The notes below the pieces were generated by a model. The model searched no databases, was not told where the DNA came from, and worked only from the letters and a program-made list of their open reading frames with translations. The translations under genes were made by a program, and so were the position numbers. Shown in pieces: positions 8,829-17,990 of a stretch of 63,103 nucleotides of DNA. Each line of letters starts with the position of its first letter. Position 1 is the first letter of the stretch. Source of the DNA: Acidimicrobiia bacterium (GTDB taxonomy: Bacteria > Actinomycetota > Acidimicrobiia > Spongiisociales > UBA5794); NCBI GenBank assembly GCA_032127155.1, contig JAQAZV010000063.1:1-63103 (forward strand). Direction: 5' to 3'.

Positions 8829-9086
8829 CTATCGACGCAATCCCAGCTTTGCGATGAGGGACCGGTAGCGCTCCACGTCTTGTTCCTGGAGATACCGGAG
8901 CAGTCGCCGACGCTTGCCGACCATCATGAGCAGTCCCCGCCGGCTGTGATGATCCTTCTTGTGGATCTTCAGGTGTTCGGTGAGGTGGTTGATCCGCTCG
9001 GTGAGCAACGCAACCTGGACCTCGGGAGAACCCGTGTCCGTTGCGTGCGTGCCGTATTCGTCTACCACTGTCTGAGTGTCGTTCAC
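8829..9086 (-). CDS. rpsO: 30S ribosomal protein S15
   Basis: [49 protein letters not shown] trimmed the start to GTG 9086, giving 85 aa. Confidence 0.95.
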   Translation of the reverse strand: MNDTQTVVDEYGTHATDTGSPEVQVALLTERINHLTEHLKIHKKDHHSRRGLLMMVGKRRRLLRYLQEQDVERYRSLIAKLGLRR

Positions 9087-9179
9087 GAGGTACTTTCCTA
9101 CGCGAGTAAGTGATCGGGCGAACGCCCGTGGGGCAGGATAGCAGGGTACGCGCTTAGTCCGCACACCCCACAGAAGTTG

Positions 9180-9584
9180 TCATGCCCCGACTCTGTTGCC
9201 GGAGCCGACGACTGCTTGGACCTCGATTTCAACCCGCCATGCGGGGTCGAGAAGTCCGGCGACCACCACCATGGTCGAGGCAGGAGCAGCGGATCCGAAG
9301 ATCGTGCGATGGGCACGACCCACGTCATCGGCGTCAGCTGGATCAACGATGAACATGCGGGTTCGCACGACGTCATCCATCCGTCCCCCGAGGGCTTCGA
9401 TCGCCTCAGACACGATCGCCCCACACCGGATCATCTGTCCGTGGGCGTCGTGGGCGAGATCGGTCCCTGTTTCCGGCACGGGAGCTGTTCCCGCGACGTG
9501 GATGACATCGCCAACCCTGACCGCTCGCGAGAATCCGTACGTGTCCTCGTACGGTGATATTCCGTGATGATGGAGTCGTTGCAT
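9180..9584 (-). CDS. RidA/YjgF family reactive-intermediate deaminase
   Basis: 134 aa from ATG 9584. Contains the YjgF-like pattern ...AVRVGDVIHVAGT...MFIVD...PASTMVVVAGL. Confidence 0.75.
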   Translation of the reverse strand: MQRLHHHGISPYEDTYGFSRAVRVGDVIHVAGTAPVPETGTDLAHDAHGQMIRCGAIVSEAIEALGGRMDDVVRTRMFIVDPADADDVGRAHRTIFGSAAPASTMVVVAGLLDPAWRVEIEVQAVVGSGNRVGA

Positions 9585-9624
9585 CGAGCAGACGCTAGCC
9601 CCGTGGATCCCTCTGATCAGGATT

Positions 9625-10698
9625 TCACCTGACCAGGTTCGCCGTCCTCCCCCTCCCCCACCAGACCTTCGGGAGGCGTCGATGCCCCTTCCATGCGCAC
9701 GGTCCCGCGCTCGTCGACTCGGCGAGGACGCAATCGCTGACGGCGGTGTGGTGTAGCACGCTGCCATGGGCCTCGAACACCCTGGCGACAAAGGCCGGAA
9801 GGCTCCACCACGACGCGAGCGCCGTCGGCTCGCCGTCGTCGACGAGGTCGAGAGTCCTCAGACGGGACGGACGATCGGTGAAGTTCGTGACAACGGCGTC
9901 CGGGTTTCGTATGGCGACGACCTTGACGCCCGACTCCTCGCCAAGGCGACTGCGGACGTCGTAGCAACCGTCGACCGAGCACCGCAAAGGATCGAATCCG
10001 CCGTTGTCCGGAATCGCTGCGACGGGACCTCCCAACCGCTGGAGCCATCCCATGGCACCGGTGGCGATTGCGGGGTCGAGCAGCGCAGCGCCCCGATACG
10101 CGGGTATCGCCGGGCGTTCGCCTGCATCGAGTGCAGCGATCATCTCCACACCGACCGCACCTCCACGGGAGTGGTGAATCGTGTAGATGTTGTCGTGGCG
10201 AACGGAGAGGGCCCTGATCAGGGCGTCAAGGGACGCCGCAGCTCCAGCGGTCGACACGCGCCGGGATGCGCCTGCCGACGAGTCCGCCCTGGCAACGGTT
10301 CGGTAATCGAATGCTCGTACGCGACCCGCAGGAACCCCCATCGAAGACAGCAGTCGATCGAAATCTCCCGCGGATCCTCCGTGTCCATGAACGACCACGT
10401 AGAGCGGCTCGTCGTCACGTCGTCGATGTCGCGCCACCGCACTGAGTGCGAGGGCGGCTCCACCGAGCGCCGCACCCGAGGGAATGACGGGAGCGCGGAA
10501 GGGTGGTCTGCCGGGTGAGGGACCATCGGACGGCGCCGTGGCTGGAACCCCGCCCGCTGGCAGAAGGACGGGCGATGGCGTGACCGTCGTCGGTTCGAGC
10601 CCAAGTCCGTCCGCTGGGGAAATCCCGTCGGCTATCGGGAGATGCGGAGCGAGGGCCATCGCGATGACAACAAGGGTCGTGAACACGCAGATCCCCAA
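9625..10698 (-). CDS. Membrane-anchored or secreted alpha/beta hydrolase (lipase/esterase-like)
   Basis: N-terminal TM segment, a Pro-rich linker, then VVVHGHGGS and a nucleophile-elbow-like IHHSRGG. The specific function is unknown. Confidence 0.5.
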   Translation of the reverse strand: MGICVFTTLVVIAMALAPHLPIADGISPADGLGLEPTTVTPSPVLLPAGGVPATAPSDGPSPGRPPFRAPVIPSGAALGGAALALSAVARHRRRDDEPLYVVVHGHGGSAGDFDRLLSSMGVPAGRVRAFDYRTVARADSSAGASRRVSTAGAAASLDALIRALSVRHDNIYTIHHSRGGAVGVEMIAALDAGERPAIPAYRGAALLDPAIATGAMGWLQRLGGPVAAIPDNGGFDPLRCSVDGCYDVRSRLGEESGVKVVAIRNPDAVVTNFTDRPSRLRTLDLVDDGEPTALASWWSLPAFVARVFEAHGSVLHHTAVSDCVLAESTSAGPCAWKGHRRLPKVWWGRGRTANLVR

Positions 10699-10761
10699 TC
10701 CGGGGAGTGCAAGACGATTTCACTGTCTCAAGGTCGACCCATGAACGCAAGGGGTTCGACG

Positions 10762-11685
10762 TCAGCTGGCCAGGACGAGTCGAGCGCGGTCGACGTCGTT
10801 GCCGATTTGCTCCACGAGGGCATCGATCGTGGCGAACCGCTGCTCGCTCCGGATCCGATCCACGAATGACACCCTCACGATCTTCCCGTAGAGATCGATG
10901 TCCACATCGAGCAGATGCACCTCGATCACCTCGGGGCCACCCCCGAACGTGGGTCGGGTACCGACGTTGCTGACACCGTCGAAGGCGAGGCCGTCAACGG
11001 TACCGCGCACCGCATAGACGCCCCCTGCCGGGCGAACGAATCCCGCTGGCATCGAAACGTTCGCTGTCGGGAAACCGATGGTCCGTCCTCTGGCGTCGCC
11101 GGGAACCACTTCACCCTCGATCTCGAAGGGTCGACCCAGCATTCGTGCCGCAAGCTCGACACCACCGGATGCAACGGCGGACCGGATGGTGGACGACCGA
11201 ACCTCTGTTCCGTGGATCGTGACGATCGGTGTCGCAACGATCGAGAACCCGCGGCGCTGGCCAAGCAACCTGAGCAGGTCGACAGTCCCAACCGCACCAT
11301 GTCCGAAGCGGAATCCCTGCCCAACGGCGACCGTCCTTGCGGCAAGTCCGCCGACGATGTAGCGGTCTACGAAGGCTTCCGGCGGGAGTCTCATGATGTC
11401 CTCGTCGAAATCGATGATCGCCGTTGCGGAGATTCCGATTTCGTCGAAGAGCTCGAGCCGGCGCTCGAGCGTGGTGAGCGCCGGGGGTGGCTCGGTGCCG
11501 AGGACGACGGCATCGGGATGGGTCGAGAAGGTCATGGCCACGAGGGGGATTCCCTCGGATGCCTCGGCAAGGGCCTTGAAGACCGCCTGGTGTCCGCGGT
11601 GGACCCCGTCGAAGACACCGATCGCGACGGCACTCGCCTGGCCTGGTTCGGACCACAGCGAAGGGTCCCCAGCGAGAACCTTCAT
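10762..11685 (-). CDS. ribF: Bifunctional riboflavin kinase / FMN adenylyltransferase
   Basis: 307 aa. GVFDGVHRGHQ nucleotidyltransferase motif plus a C-terminal riboflavin kinase domain. It overlaps truB by 4 nt. Confidence 0.93.
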   Translation of the reverse strand: MKVLAGDPSLWSEPGQASAVAIGVFDGVHRGHQAVFKALAEASEGIPLVAMTFSTHPDAVVLGTEPPPALTTLERRLELFDEIGISATAIIDFDEDIMRLPPEAFVDRYIVGGLAARTVAVGQGFRFGHGAVGTVDLLRLLGQRRGFSIVATPIVTIHGTEVRSSTIRSAVASGGVELAARMLGRPFEIEGEVVPGDARGRTIGFPTANVSMPAGFVRPAGGVYAVRGTVDGLAFDGVSNVGTRPTFGGGPEVIEVHLLDVDIDLYGKIVRVSFVDRIRSEQRFATIDALVEQIGNDVDRARLVLAS

Positions 11686-12575
11686 GGGAGCACCACCTCT
11701 GGAACCAGCTCGTTGCCATCGGAACGGTACACCGCGAGTAGGTCGCCCCGACGGTTCACGACGCGTATGAGGTCGCCGTCCACATCCAGGGATTGACCGA
11801 CGAGTCGTGAACCATTCCTGACCCGAAACTCGCCCGCGTCATCGACCCTCAGTTCCGCCATCAGCGAAAGCGCCTCGGACGGTCGCATCACCAGGTCGTC
11901 CAGTGATCCCTCTTTCGCCGCAGTGACGACCTCGGCTACCGTCGATGCGTCGTTGACATGGAGGTTCCCGTTCCGGACTCGCCGGAGAGCGGTGAGGTGG
12001 GCCCTCCCTCCGAGAGCTCTGGCGATGTCATCCGCAAGGGTGCGGACATAGGTTCCCGTCGAACACACGGTGCGAAACGTCACCTCGGGATAGTCACTCG
12101 GAGCGACGTCGACGATCTCCAGGCGCTTGATCGTGACCGGCCGTGCTTCCCGTTCGACGACCTTTCCCTCCCTGGCCAGCTCATACAGGCGCTTGCCCTC
12201 GATCTTCCTTGCCGAGACCATCGGCGGGACCTGGAGGATCTCACCTCGGAATCGATCCATCGCGGCATCGATCTCGTCGGGGCCGACAGGAAGCGGTTCC
12301 CTCGACAACACGGCACCGTCTGCATCAAGTGAGTCAGTCGCAACGCCGAACAGCGCGGTGGCGAGGTATTCCTTCTCCTCACCCTGCACGAAGCGAAGCA
12401 ACTTCGTTGCCTTTCCGAGGGCGAGCACGAGGAGACCTGTCGCCATCGGGTCCAGCGTCCCTGCGTGCCCGACCTTGCCACCGACGCTTGCGCGAACCTT
12501 CGCAACGACATCGTGCGAGGTCCAGCCCTGATCCTTGTCGACGAGTAGGAAGCCGAAGGTCGACGCTTCACTCAC
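11682..12575 (-). CDS. truB: tRNA pseudouridine(55) synthase
   Basis: 297 aa with the GHAGTLDPMATGLL catalytic motif. Confidence 0.95.
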   Translation of the reverse strand: MSEASTFGFLLVDKDQGWTSHDVVAKVRASVGGKVGHAGTLDPMATGLLVLALGKATKLLRFVQGEEKEYLATALFGVATDSLDADGAVLSREPLPVGPDEIDAAMDRFRGEILQVPPMVSARKIEGKRLYELAREGKVVEREARPVTIKRLEIVDVAPSDYPEVTFRTVCSTGTYVRTLADDIARALGGRAHLTALRRVRNGNLHVNDASTVAEVVTAAKEGSLDDLVMRPSEALSLMAELRVDDAGEFRVRNGSRLVGQSLDVDGDLIRVVNRRGDLLAVYRSDGNELVPEVVLP

Positions 12576-13570
12576 GGCAGTTGCGCAACGACCTGCTCGA
12601 CGATGGCCTCAATCGTGTCATCGGACGTGAAACCAGAAGCATTGTGGTGTCCCCCACCGCCGAAACTCCGTGCGATGGCTGCGACGTCGACAGCGCCCCG
12701 CGAGCGCAACGATCCCTTCACCACCCCCGGACCCTTGACCTTCAGAAGACATGCGACGTGTGCGTCGCGAGCCAATCTGACGAGGTCGATCAGTGCATCG
12801 CTCTCGTGGTAGTCCAGGCCAGAGGCGGCGAGATCGTCCATCGTCATGTGTGACCAGACGAAGGAACGATCAACGTCGAGGATTGCCCTTCCGAGGACGC
12901 GAGAAGCGAGTTCGTAGTAGCCGAATGGTGCTTCCTCGAACAGCCGTTGTCCGATCGCGGCCTGGTCAACGCCATATTCGAGCAGCTCGGCGGTGATCCG
13001 GTGGGTCGTCGGCGTCGTCGAGGAGTATTGGAAGCGACCCGTGTCGGTCACGATGCCGACGTAGAGCGCGGTCGCGACGGCTGGTGTGATCGGCCAACCG
13101 AGCTCGACGATCGCGTCGTACACGATCTCGGTGGTGGCCGACGCCGTTGGATCCACGACGACGATGTCGCCCCAGGTCCCTTCGGACAGGTGGTGGTCGA
13201 GGACGAGGAGCGACCGAGCATCCTCCATCGCTTCTGCAAGGGACCCCACCCTGTGCCTCACCGATGTGTCGACGGCAACTGCCACGTCAAGATCACGCGG
13301 GAAAGCACTCGGCGCGACCAATACCGAGGTGTCGAGGAAGCCCAACTCCTCCGGAACGACAAATGGTTCGTCGAAGGAAGCAACGGCCGTCTTCCCTCCT
13401 TCCCTCGCTGCGAGTGCGAGCCCAATCATGGAGCCGAGGGCGTCCCCATCGGGACCGACATGACCGACAACACCAATGGTCGACGCAGCCTCGAGCAGGG
13501 CCACGCCAGGACCCATCGCCGATTCCCTGCTATTCATCGGCGTCATCGCTCTCCGGCGGGTTCCCGTCAT
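12572..13570 (-). CDS. nrnA: DHH/DHHA1 phosphoesterase (NrnA/CnpB-type nanoRNase and pAp / c-di-AMP phosphodiesterase)
   Basis: VLDHH (DHH) and GGGGHHNASGF (DHHA1) motifs. The start is uncertain: 13570 overlaps rbfA by 41 nt, and ATG 13537 or 13516 are alternatives. Confidence 0.85.
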   Translation of the reverse strand: MTGTRRRAMTPMNSRESAMGPGVALLEAASTIGVVGHVGPDGDALGSMIGLALAAREGGKTAVASFDEPFVVPEELGFLDTSVLVAPSAFPRDLDVAVAVDTSVRHRVGSLAEAMEDARSLLVLDHHLSEGTWGDIVVVDPTASATTEIVYDAIVELGWPITPAVATALYVGIVTDTGRFQYSSTTPTTHRITAELLEYGVDQAAIGQRLFEEAPFGYYELASRVLGRAILDVDRSFVWSHMTMDDLAASGLDYHESDALIDLVRLARDAHVACLLKVKGPGVVKGSLRSRGAVDVAAIARSFGGGGHHNASGFTSDDTIEAIVEQVVAQLP

Positions 13571-13910
13571 CGAGGTCCTTCAGGATCTCGGAGATCCTGA
13601 GGCCCTGGTCGATGGATGGATCCACCTTGAACTCGATCTTCGGTGTGTATCGGAGCCTGGTCTGTGCCCCGACGGCCGACTGGATGCGCGGGGACGCCTT
13701 TCGGAGGCCAATGGCCGTCGATTCCTTCTCTTCGTCCGTGCCGAGGACGGAGTAATAGACAACCGCATGACGAAGATCGGGACTGGTGACTGCACCAGTG
13801 ATCGTCAGGAAGCCGATCCGCGGGTCCTTCAGGTCGTGTACGGCGTCGGCGACGACCTCACGAATGAGCTCGTTCACCTTTCGCATACGCGGACTGGGCT
13901 GGCGTGCCAT
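13530..13910 (-). CDS. rbfA: Ribosome-binding factor A
   Basis: 126 aa (RMRKVNELIREVVADAV...LRYTPKIEFKVD) in the canonical position after infB. Confidence 0.92.
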   Translation of the reverse strand: MARQPSPRMRKVNELIREVVADAVHDLKDPRIGFLTITGAVTSPDLRHAVVYYSVLGTDEEKESTAIGLRKASPRIQSAVGAQTRLRYTPKIEFKVDPSIDQGLRISEILKDLDDGNPPESDDADE

Positions 13911-13945
13911 GTCGCCTCCGATCCTTCATGACCGATCCGTGTGGA

Positions 13946-16054
13946 TCAGACGCGTGCGACCTCTCGAACCACATAGGACTCGATCGTGTCGCCTTCCTTG
14001 ATGTCGCGGAAATTGGCGAGACCGATGCCGCACTCGTAGCCGGTGGCAACGGTCTGGACATCATCCTTGAACCGCCGGAGGGACACAATCGTCCCGTCGT
14101 AGATCACCACGCCATCGCGGACGAGGCGCGCCCTCGCGTTCCTGTTGATCGCACCCTCGGTGACATATGAGCCGGCAACCGTTCCCAATCGAGGTGCCCG
14201 GAACACCTGTCGAACCTCGGCGACGCCGAGGAAGTTCTCGACCTCCTCAGGCGAGAGCTCACCAACGAGCAACGACTCCACATCATCGAGTAGCTCGTAG
14301 ATGATGGAGAACGTTCGAATGTCGATGGCCGCTTCCCGTGCGGTTGCCCGCGCTGATGCGTCAGGGCGAGCGTTGAAACCGTAGATCACAGCGCCCGACG
14401 CCTCGGCGAGCGTGACATCGTTCGATGTGATCCCACCGACGCCATCGTGGACGATGGTGACGTACCCGTCGTCGCGACTGATCTTGCGCACCGATTCCTT
14501 GATGGCTTCGAGCGAGCCGTGGGTGTCGGTCTTGACAATGATCCGGAGTTCCGAGTGGTCCTGGGTCCTGAGATGCTCGATGAGCATTCCGAGCCGATCG
14601 GTACCGGTCGGCACGGTCAGGTCATGTGCGCGGATCTCGTCGATCTTCGCCTGCGCCATCTTGCGGGCAGTTCGCTCGTTCTTCACGACTTCGAACATGT
14701 CGCCGGCGGTTGGGACATCGTCCCAGCCCATGACCACGACCGGCATGGAGGGGCCTGCTTCACGGATCTCAGTGCCAGCATCATCGAAGATCGCCCGTGC
14801 CCGCCCGGCGACCGCACCTGCGACCAGGGCATCACCCTTCTTCAGGGTCCCGCGTTGGACGATGACCGACGCAACGGGTCCACGACCAACCTCGAGCTGG
14901 GCTTCGATGACGGTCCCGATGGCGGGCGCCTTCGGATTGGCCGTCAGTTCCTCGACCTCGGCCACCAGCGAGATCATCTCGAGGAGTTCCTCGATATTGG
15001 TTCCCTTGAGGGCGGATATCTCGATCGCTGGCACATCACCACCGAGGGCCTCGACCACGATTTCGTGCTGTGTCAATGCTGCCCGCACGGTGTTGGGATC
15101 CGCAGAATCGAGATCCATCTTGTTGATTGCGATGATGATCGGAACGTCCGCGGCCTTTGCATGATTGATGGCTTCGGCCGTCTGGGGCATGACCGAGTCA
15201 TCGGCTGCCACGACGATGATGGCGATGTCCGTGACCTCTGCACCCCTCGCTCGCAATGCAGTGAAGGCCTCGTGACCCGGCGTATCAATGAAGGTGATCT
15301 TCCGCCCTGCTTGCTCGACCTGATAGGCGCCGATGTGTTGGGTGATCCTCCCTGCCTCGTCCGCGATGACGTTTGCGTGGCGGATCGTGTCCAGCAGCTG
15401 TGTCTTCCCGTGATCAACGTGGCCCATGACCGTGACAACCGGCGGACGCGGGACGAGGCTCGAAGGATCGTCCTCGTACTCGATCAGGTGCCGCTGCCTG
15501 ACCTCCTCCTCTTCCTCCTCGTCCGATTCGGCGACGAGGATCTCCCAGCCGAGTTCGCGGCCGAGCGGCTCAATCGCCGCAAGAGGGATCTCCCCGCCAC
15601 CGGGGACCATCTCCCCCATGAACATCAGCGTCTTGACGATCTCCGCCGTGCGAATCTTGATCAACCTTGCGAGCTCGTGGACGGTGATGCCAGGCTCGAC
15701 GAGCAACACGCGTTCCTCGTCGTCGTCGCCAGCGGGCCCCGTCGGGACCACCGCGGCATCATCGGCGACCTCCTCCTCGCTGTCGACCTCTTCGTCGAGG
15801 TCCTCGTCAACGACGATCTGCACATCCTCATCCGCGACCGTGGCAGGGACCGCTTCCGTTGCGTCCGATGTTTCCGCTTCCGGCGCCGCTGTCGACGCGC
15901 CTGACAGGGCGGCTGTCACGGCTGCGACACCCGCCTCATCGAGTCCCGACGACGCTGTCTTGACATCGAGGCCGAGGTCCTTGGCGCGGTCGAGTACATC
16001 CTTCGATTCGAGGCCGAGATCTCTCGCCAATTCGTATATGCGCACTTTCGCCAC
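13946..16054 (-). CDS. infB: Translation initiation factor IF-2
   Basis: 702 aa. GTPase motifs GHVDHGKT and DTPGHEAF, and an acidic N-terminal region. GGAGG lies upstream of GTG 16054. Confidence 0.97.
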   Translation of the reverse strand: MAKVRIYELARDLGLESKDVLDRAKDLGLDVKTASSGLDEAGVAAVTAALSGASTAAPEAETSDATEAVPATVADEDVQIVVDEDLDEEVDSEEEVADDAAVVPTGPAGDDDEERVLLVEPGITVHELARLIKIRTAEIVKTLMFMGEMVPGGGEIPLAAIEPLGRELGWEILVAESDEEEEEEVRQRHLIEYEDDPSSLVPRPPVVTVMGHVDHGKTQLLDTIRHANVIADEAGRITQHIGAYQVEQAGRKITFIDTPGHEAFTALRARGAEVTDIAIIVVAADDSVMPQTAEAINHAKAADVPIIIAINKMDLDSADPNTVRAALTQHEIVVEALGGDVPAIEISALKGTNIEELLEMISLVAEVEELTANPKAPAIGTVIEAQLEVGRGPVASVIVQRGTLKKGDALVAGAVAGRARAIFDDAGTEIREAGPSMPVVVMGWDDVPTAGDMFEVVKNERTARKMAQAKIDEIRAHDLTVPTGTDRLGMLIEHLRTQDHSELRIIVKTDTHGSLEAIKESVRKISRDDGYVTIVHDGVGGITSNDVTLAEASGAVIYGFNARPDASARATAREAAIDIRTFSIIYELLDDVESLLVGELSPEEVENFLGVAEVRQVFRAPRLGTVAGSYVTEGAINRNARARLVRDGVVIYDGTIVSLRRFKDDVQTVATGYECGIGLANFRDIKEGDTIESYVVREVARV

Positions 16055-16084
16055 GCTTACCTCCGCACCTTCACGTCACCGTGA

Positions 16085-17368
16085 TCACTCGGTGTGATCG
16101 GCGGCATCCTCTTCGGTCGCCTCAGAGGACTCGGACGGTTCATCACCGTCGACCTCCTCGGCCTTCACATCTTCATCAGCTGTTTGTTCGGTCACCGCGT
16201 CCAAGGCTTCCTCGATGATCTCCTCATCGATCGCTTCCTCGATGACCTCCTCGGCAACGACCGCTTCGAGGACCGCCTCTTCGACGGCCTCCGCAGCCTC
16301 GTCTGCCGCTTCTTCGGCGACGTCAGCGGCGACTGCCGATGCACCGTCACCCTCTGCGATGGTCTCGTACTCGCCGTCCTCGTCCTCGTCAACGTCGAGA
16401 CCGAGGGCCTGGGATTCCGACCTGATGTCGATCCGATAGCCAGACAACCTGGCGGCGAGTCTCGCGTTCTGGCCCTCCTTGCCGATGGCAAGGGAGAGCT
16501 GGTGGTCCGGGACGATCACGACAGCGGTGTTCTCGTCCTCGTCGATCTGGACGTCCTGGACGCGGGCAGGACTGAGGGCCTCGGCGATGAACCGCTTCGG
16601 GTCGTCGTCCCACTCGACGATATCGACCTTCTCACCCTTGAGTTCATTGACGACCTGGCGAACTCGCGAACCGCGAGCACCGACACAGGCCCCAACGGGA
16701 TCAACGTTCGGATCATTCGACGTCACAGCGATCTTCGTACGGTGACCGGCCTCCCTGGCGATGGCCTTGATCTCGATGTCGCCGTCCACGAGTTCCGGCA
16801 CCTCGAGCTCGAAGAGGGCCCTGATGAACTCGGGATGGCTTCGCGAGACAACGATCTGGGGGCCCTTCCCCTCGCCACGAACCTCGAGGATCCACGCCTT
16901 CACGCGGTTCCCGCGCTCGAGTCGCTCGTAGGGGATCTTCTCTGATCCTGGCAGGATCGCCTCTGCGTCACCAAGATCGACGATCGAGTAGCGATGGTCC
17001 GATTGCTGAATGATGCCGGTGATGAGGTCACCCTCCCGACCGTCGTACAGATCGAACACCTGTTCGCGCTTGGCGTCACGGAGACGCTGGATGATCACCT
17101 GCTTGGCGGTCTGGGCGGCGATTCTGCCGAAGTCCTCGGGGGTGTCCGCCCATTCGTCGGTGACATTCCCGTCCTCATCGAGTTCCTGGCCGTAGACGCT
17201 GATCTCACCGGTGTCAGCATCGATGGTGACACGGGCCTCCTCAGCCGCACCCGGCGTTCGCTTGTATGCCGAAACAAGGGCGTTGGCAAGGGCTTCGAGG
17301 ATGATGTCGCGCGGCACACCCTTTTCGCGCTCGAGCATCTCGAGAGCGTCCATCAGGTTGTAGTCCAT
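16085..17368 (-). CDS. nusA: Transcription termination/antitermination factor NusA with a long acidic C-terminal tail
   Basis: S1 and KH domains. ATG 17368 (MDYNLMDALEMLEREKG) is preceded by GGAGA. The last 109 aa or so are Glu/Asp/Ala-rich. Confidence 0.95.
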   Translation of the reverse strand: MDYNLMDALEMLEREKGVPRDIILEALANALVSAYKRTPGAAEEARVTIDADTGEISVYGQELDEDGNVTDEWADTPEDFGRIAAQTAKQVIIQRLRDAKREQVFDLYDGREGDLITGIIQQSDHRYSIVDLGDAEAILPGSEKIPYERLERGNRVKAWILEVRGEGKGPQIVVSRSHPEFIRALFELEVPELVDGDIEIKAIAREAGHRTKIAVTSNDPNVDPVGACVGARGSRVRQVVNELKGEKVDIVEWDDDPKRFIAEALSPARVQDVQIDEDENTAVVIVPDHQLSLAIGKEGQNARLAARLSGYRIDIRSESQALGLDVDEDEDGEYETIAEGDGASAVAADVAEEAADEAAEAVEEAVLEAVVAEEVIEEAIDEEIIEEALDAVTEQTADEDVKAEEVDGDEPSESSEATEEDAADHTE

Positions 17369-17376
17369 GTTGTCTC

Positions 17377-17859
17377 CTACGAGTCCTTGCCGGGGCGGGG
17401 AGCCTTCTCCCACACGAATACGGTACGCGCGGATGCAACGTCCCGATAGGCGAATGCGCGGTCGTTGTCTTCTGTCCGCAATGTGAACATGTTCTCATCG
17501 GCTGAGACCAGTTCACCACGGTGGTTCTTCGAGTCATCGACGGGCTGGTGCGTCTTCACGATCACCTCGCGGCCGATTGCCTTCTCATAGTGTCGCGGCC
17601 TGGTGAGCTTGCGCTCGAGACCAGGGGACGACACTTCAAGGGTGTACGAACCGGGGAACGGGTCCTCCTCGTCGATCAGGCGAGAGATGCCACGGGAAAG
17701 CTCAGCGATGGTGTCGACCCCGATGGTCGCGTCCCCGTCGACGATGACGCGCACGATCTGCCCACCGCTGAGTACCTCGACATCGTCGAGTTCTACTCCT
17801 TCGGCCGCGACGAAAGGATCGATTCGATCCCACAATCGCTCTGTGACACTGCTCATCAT
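17377..17859 (-). CDS. rimP: Ribosome maturation factor RimP
   Basis: ERLWDRIDPFVAAEGVELDDVEV...LEVSSPGLERKL. The start is ATG 17859 or 17856. Confidence 0.9.
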   Translation of the reverse strand: MMSSVTERLWDRIDPFVAAEGVELDDVEVLSGGQIVRVIVDGDATIGVDTIAELSRGISRLIDEEDPFPGSYTLEVSSPGLERKLTRPRHYEKAIGREVIVKTHQPVDDSKNHRGELVSADENMFTLRTEDNDRAFAYRDVASARTVFVWEKAPRPGKDS

Positions 17860-17990
17860 GCTCCTCACACGCCAAATGAGAGCTCTGCTCAAACAAAGAG
17901 GTGGGCCACGGCCCACCCCGGCAGAGATCTCGGTTCGCAGAGGGGAGTATACCAGCTCACCGGAATGGGGATCAGGGCTCCCCTGATGCG

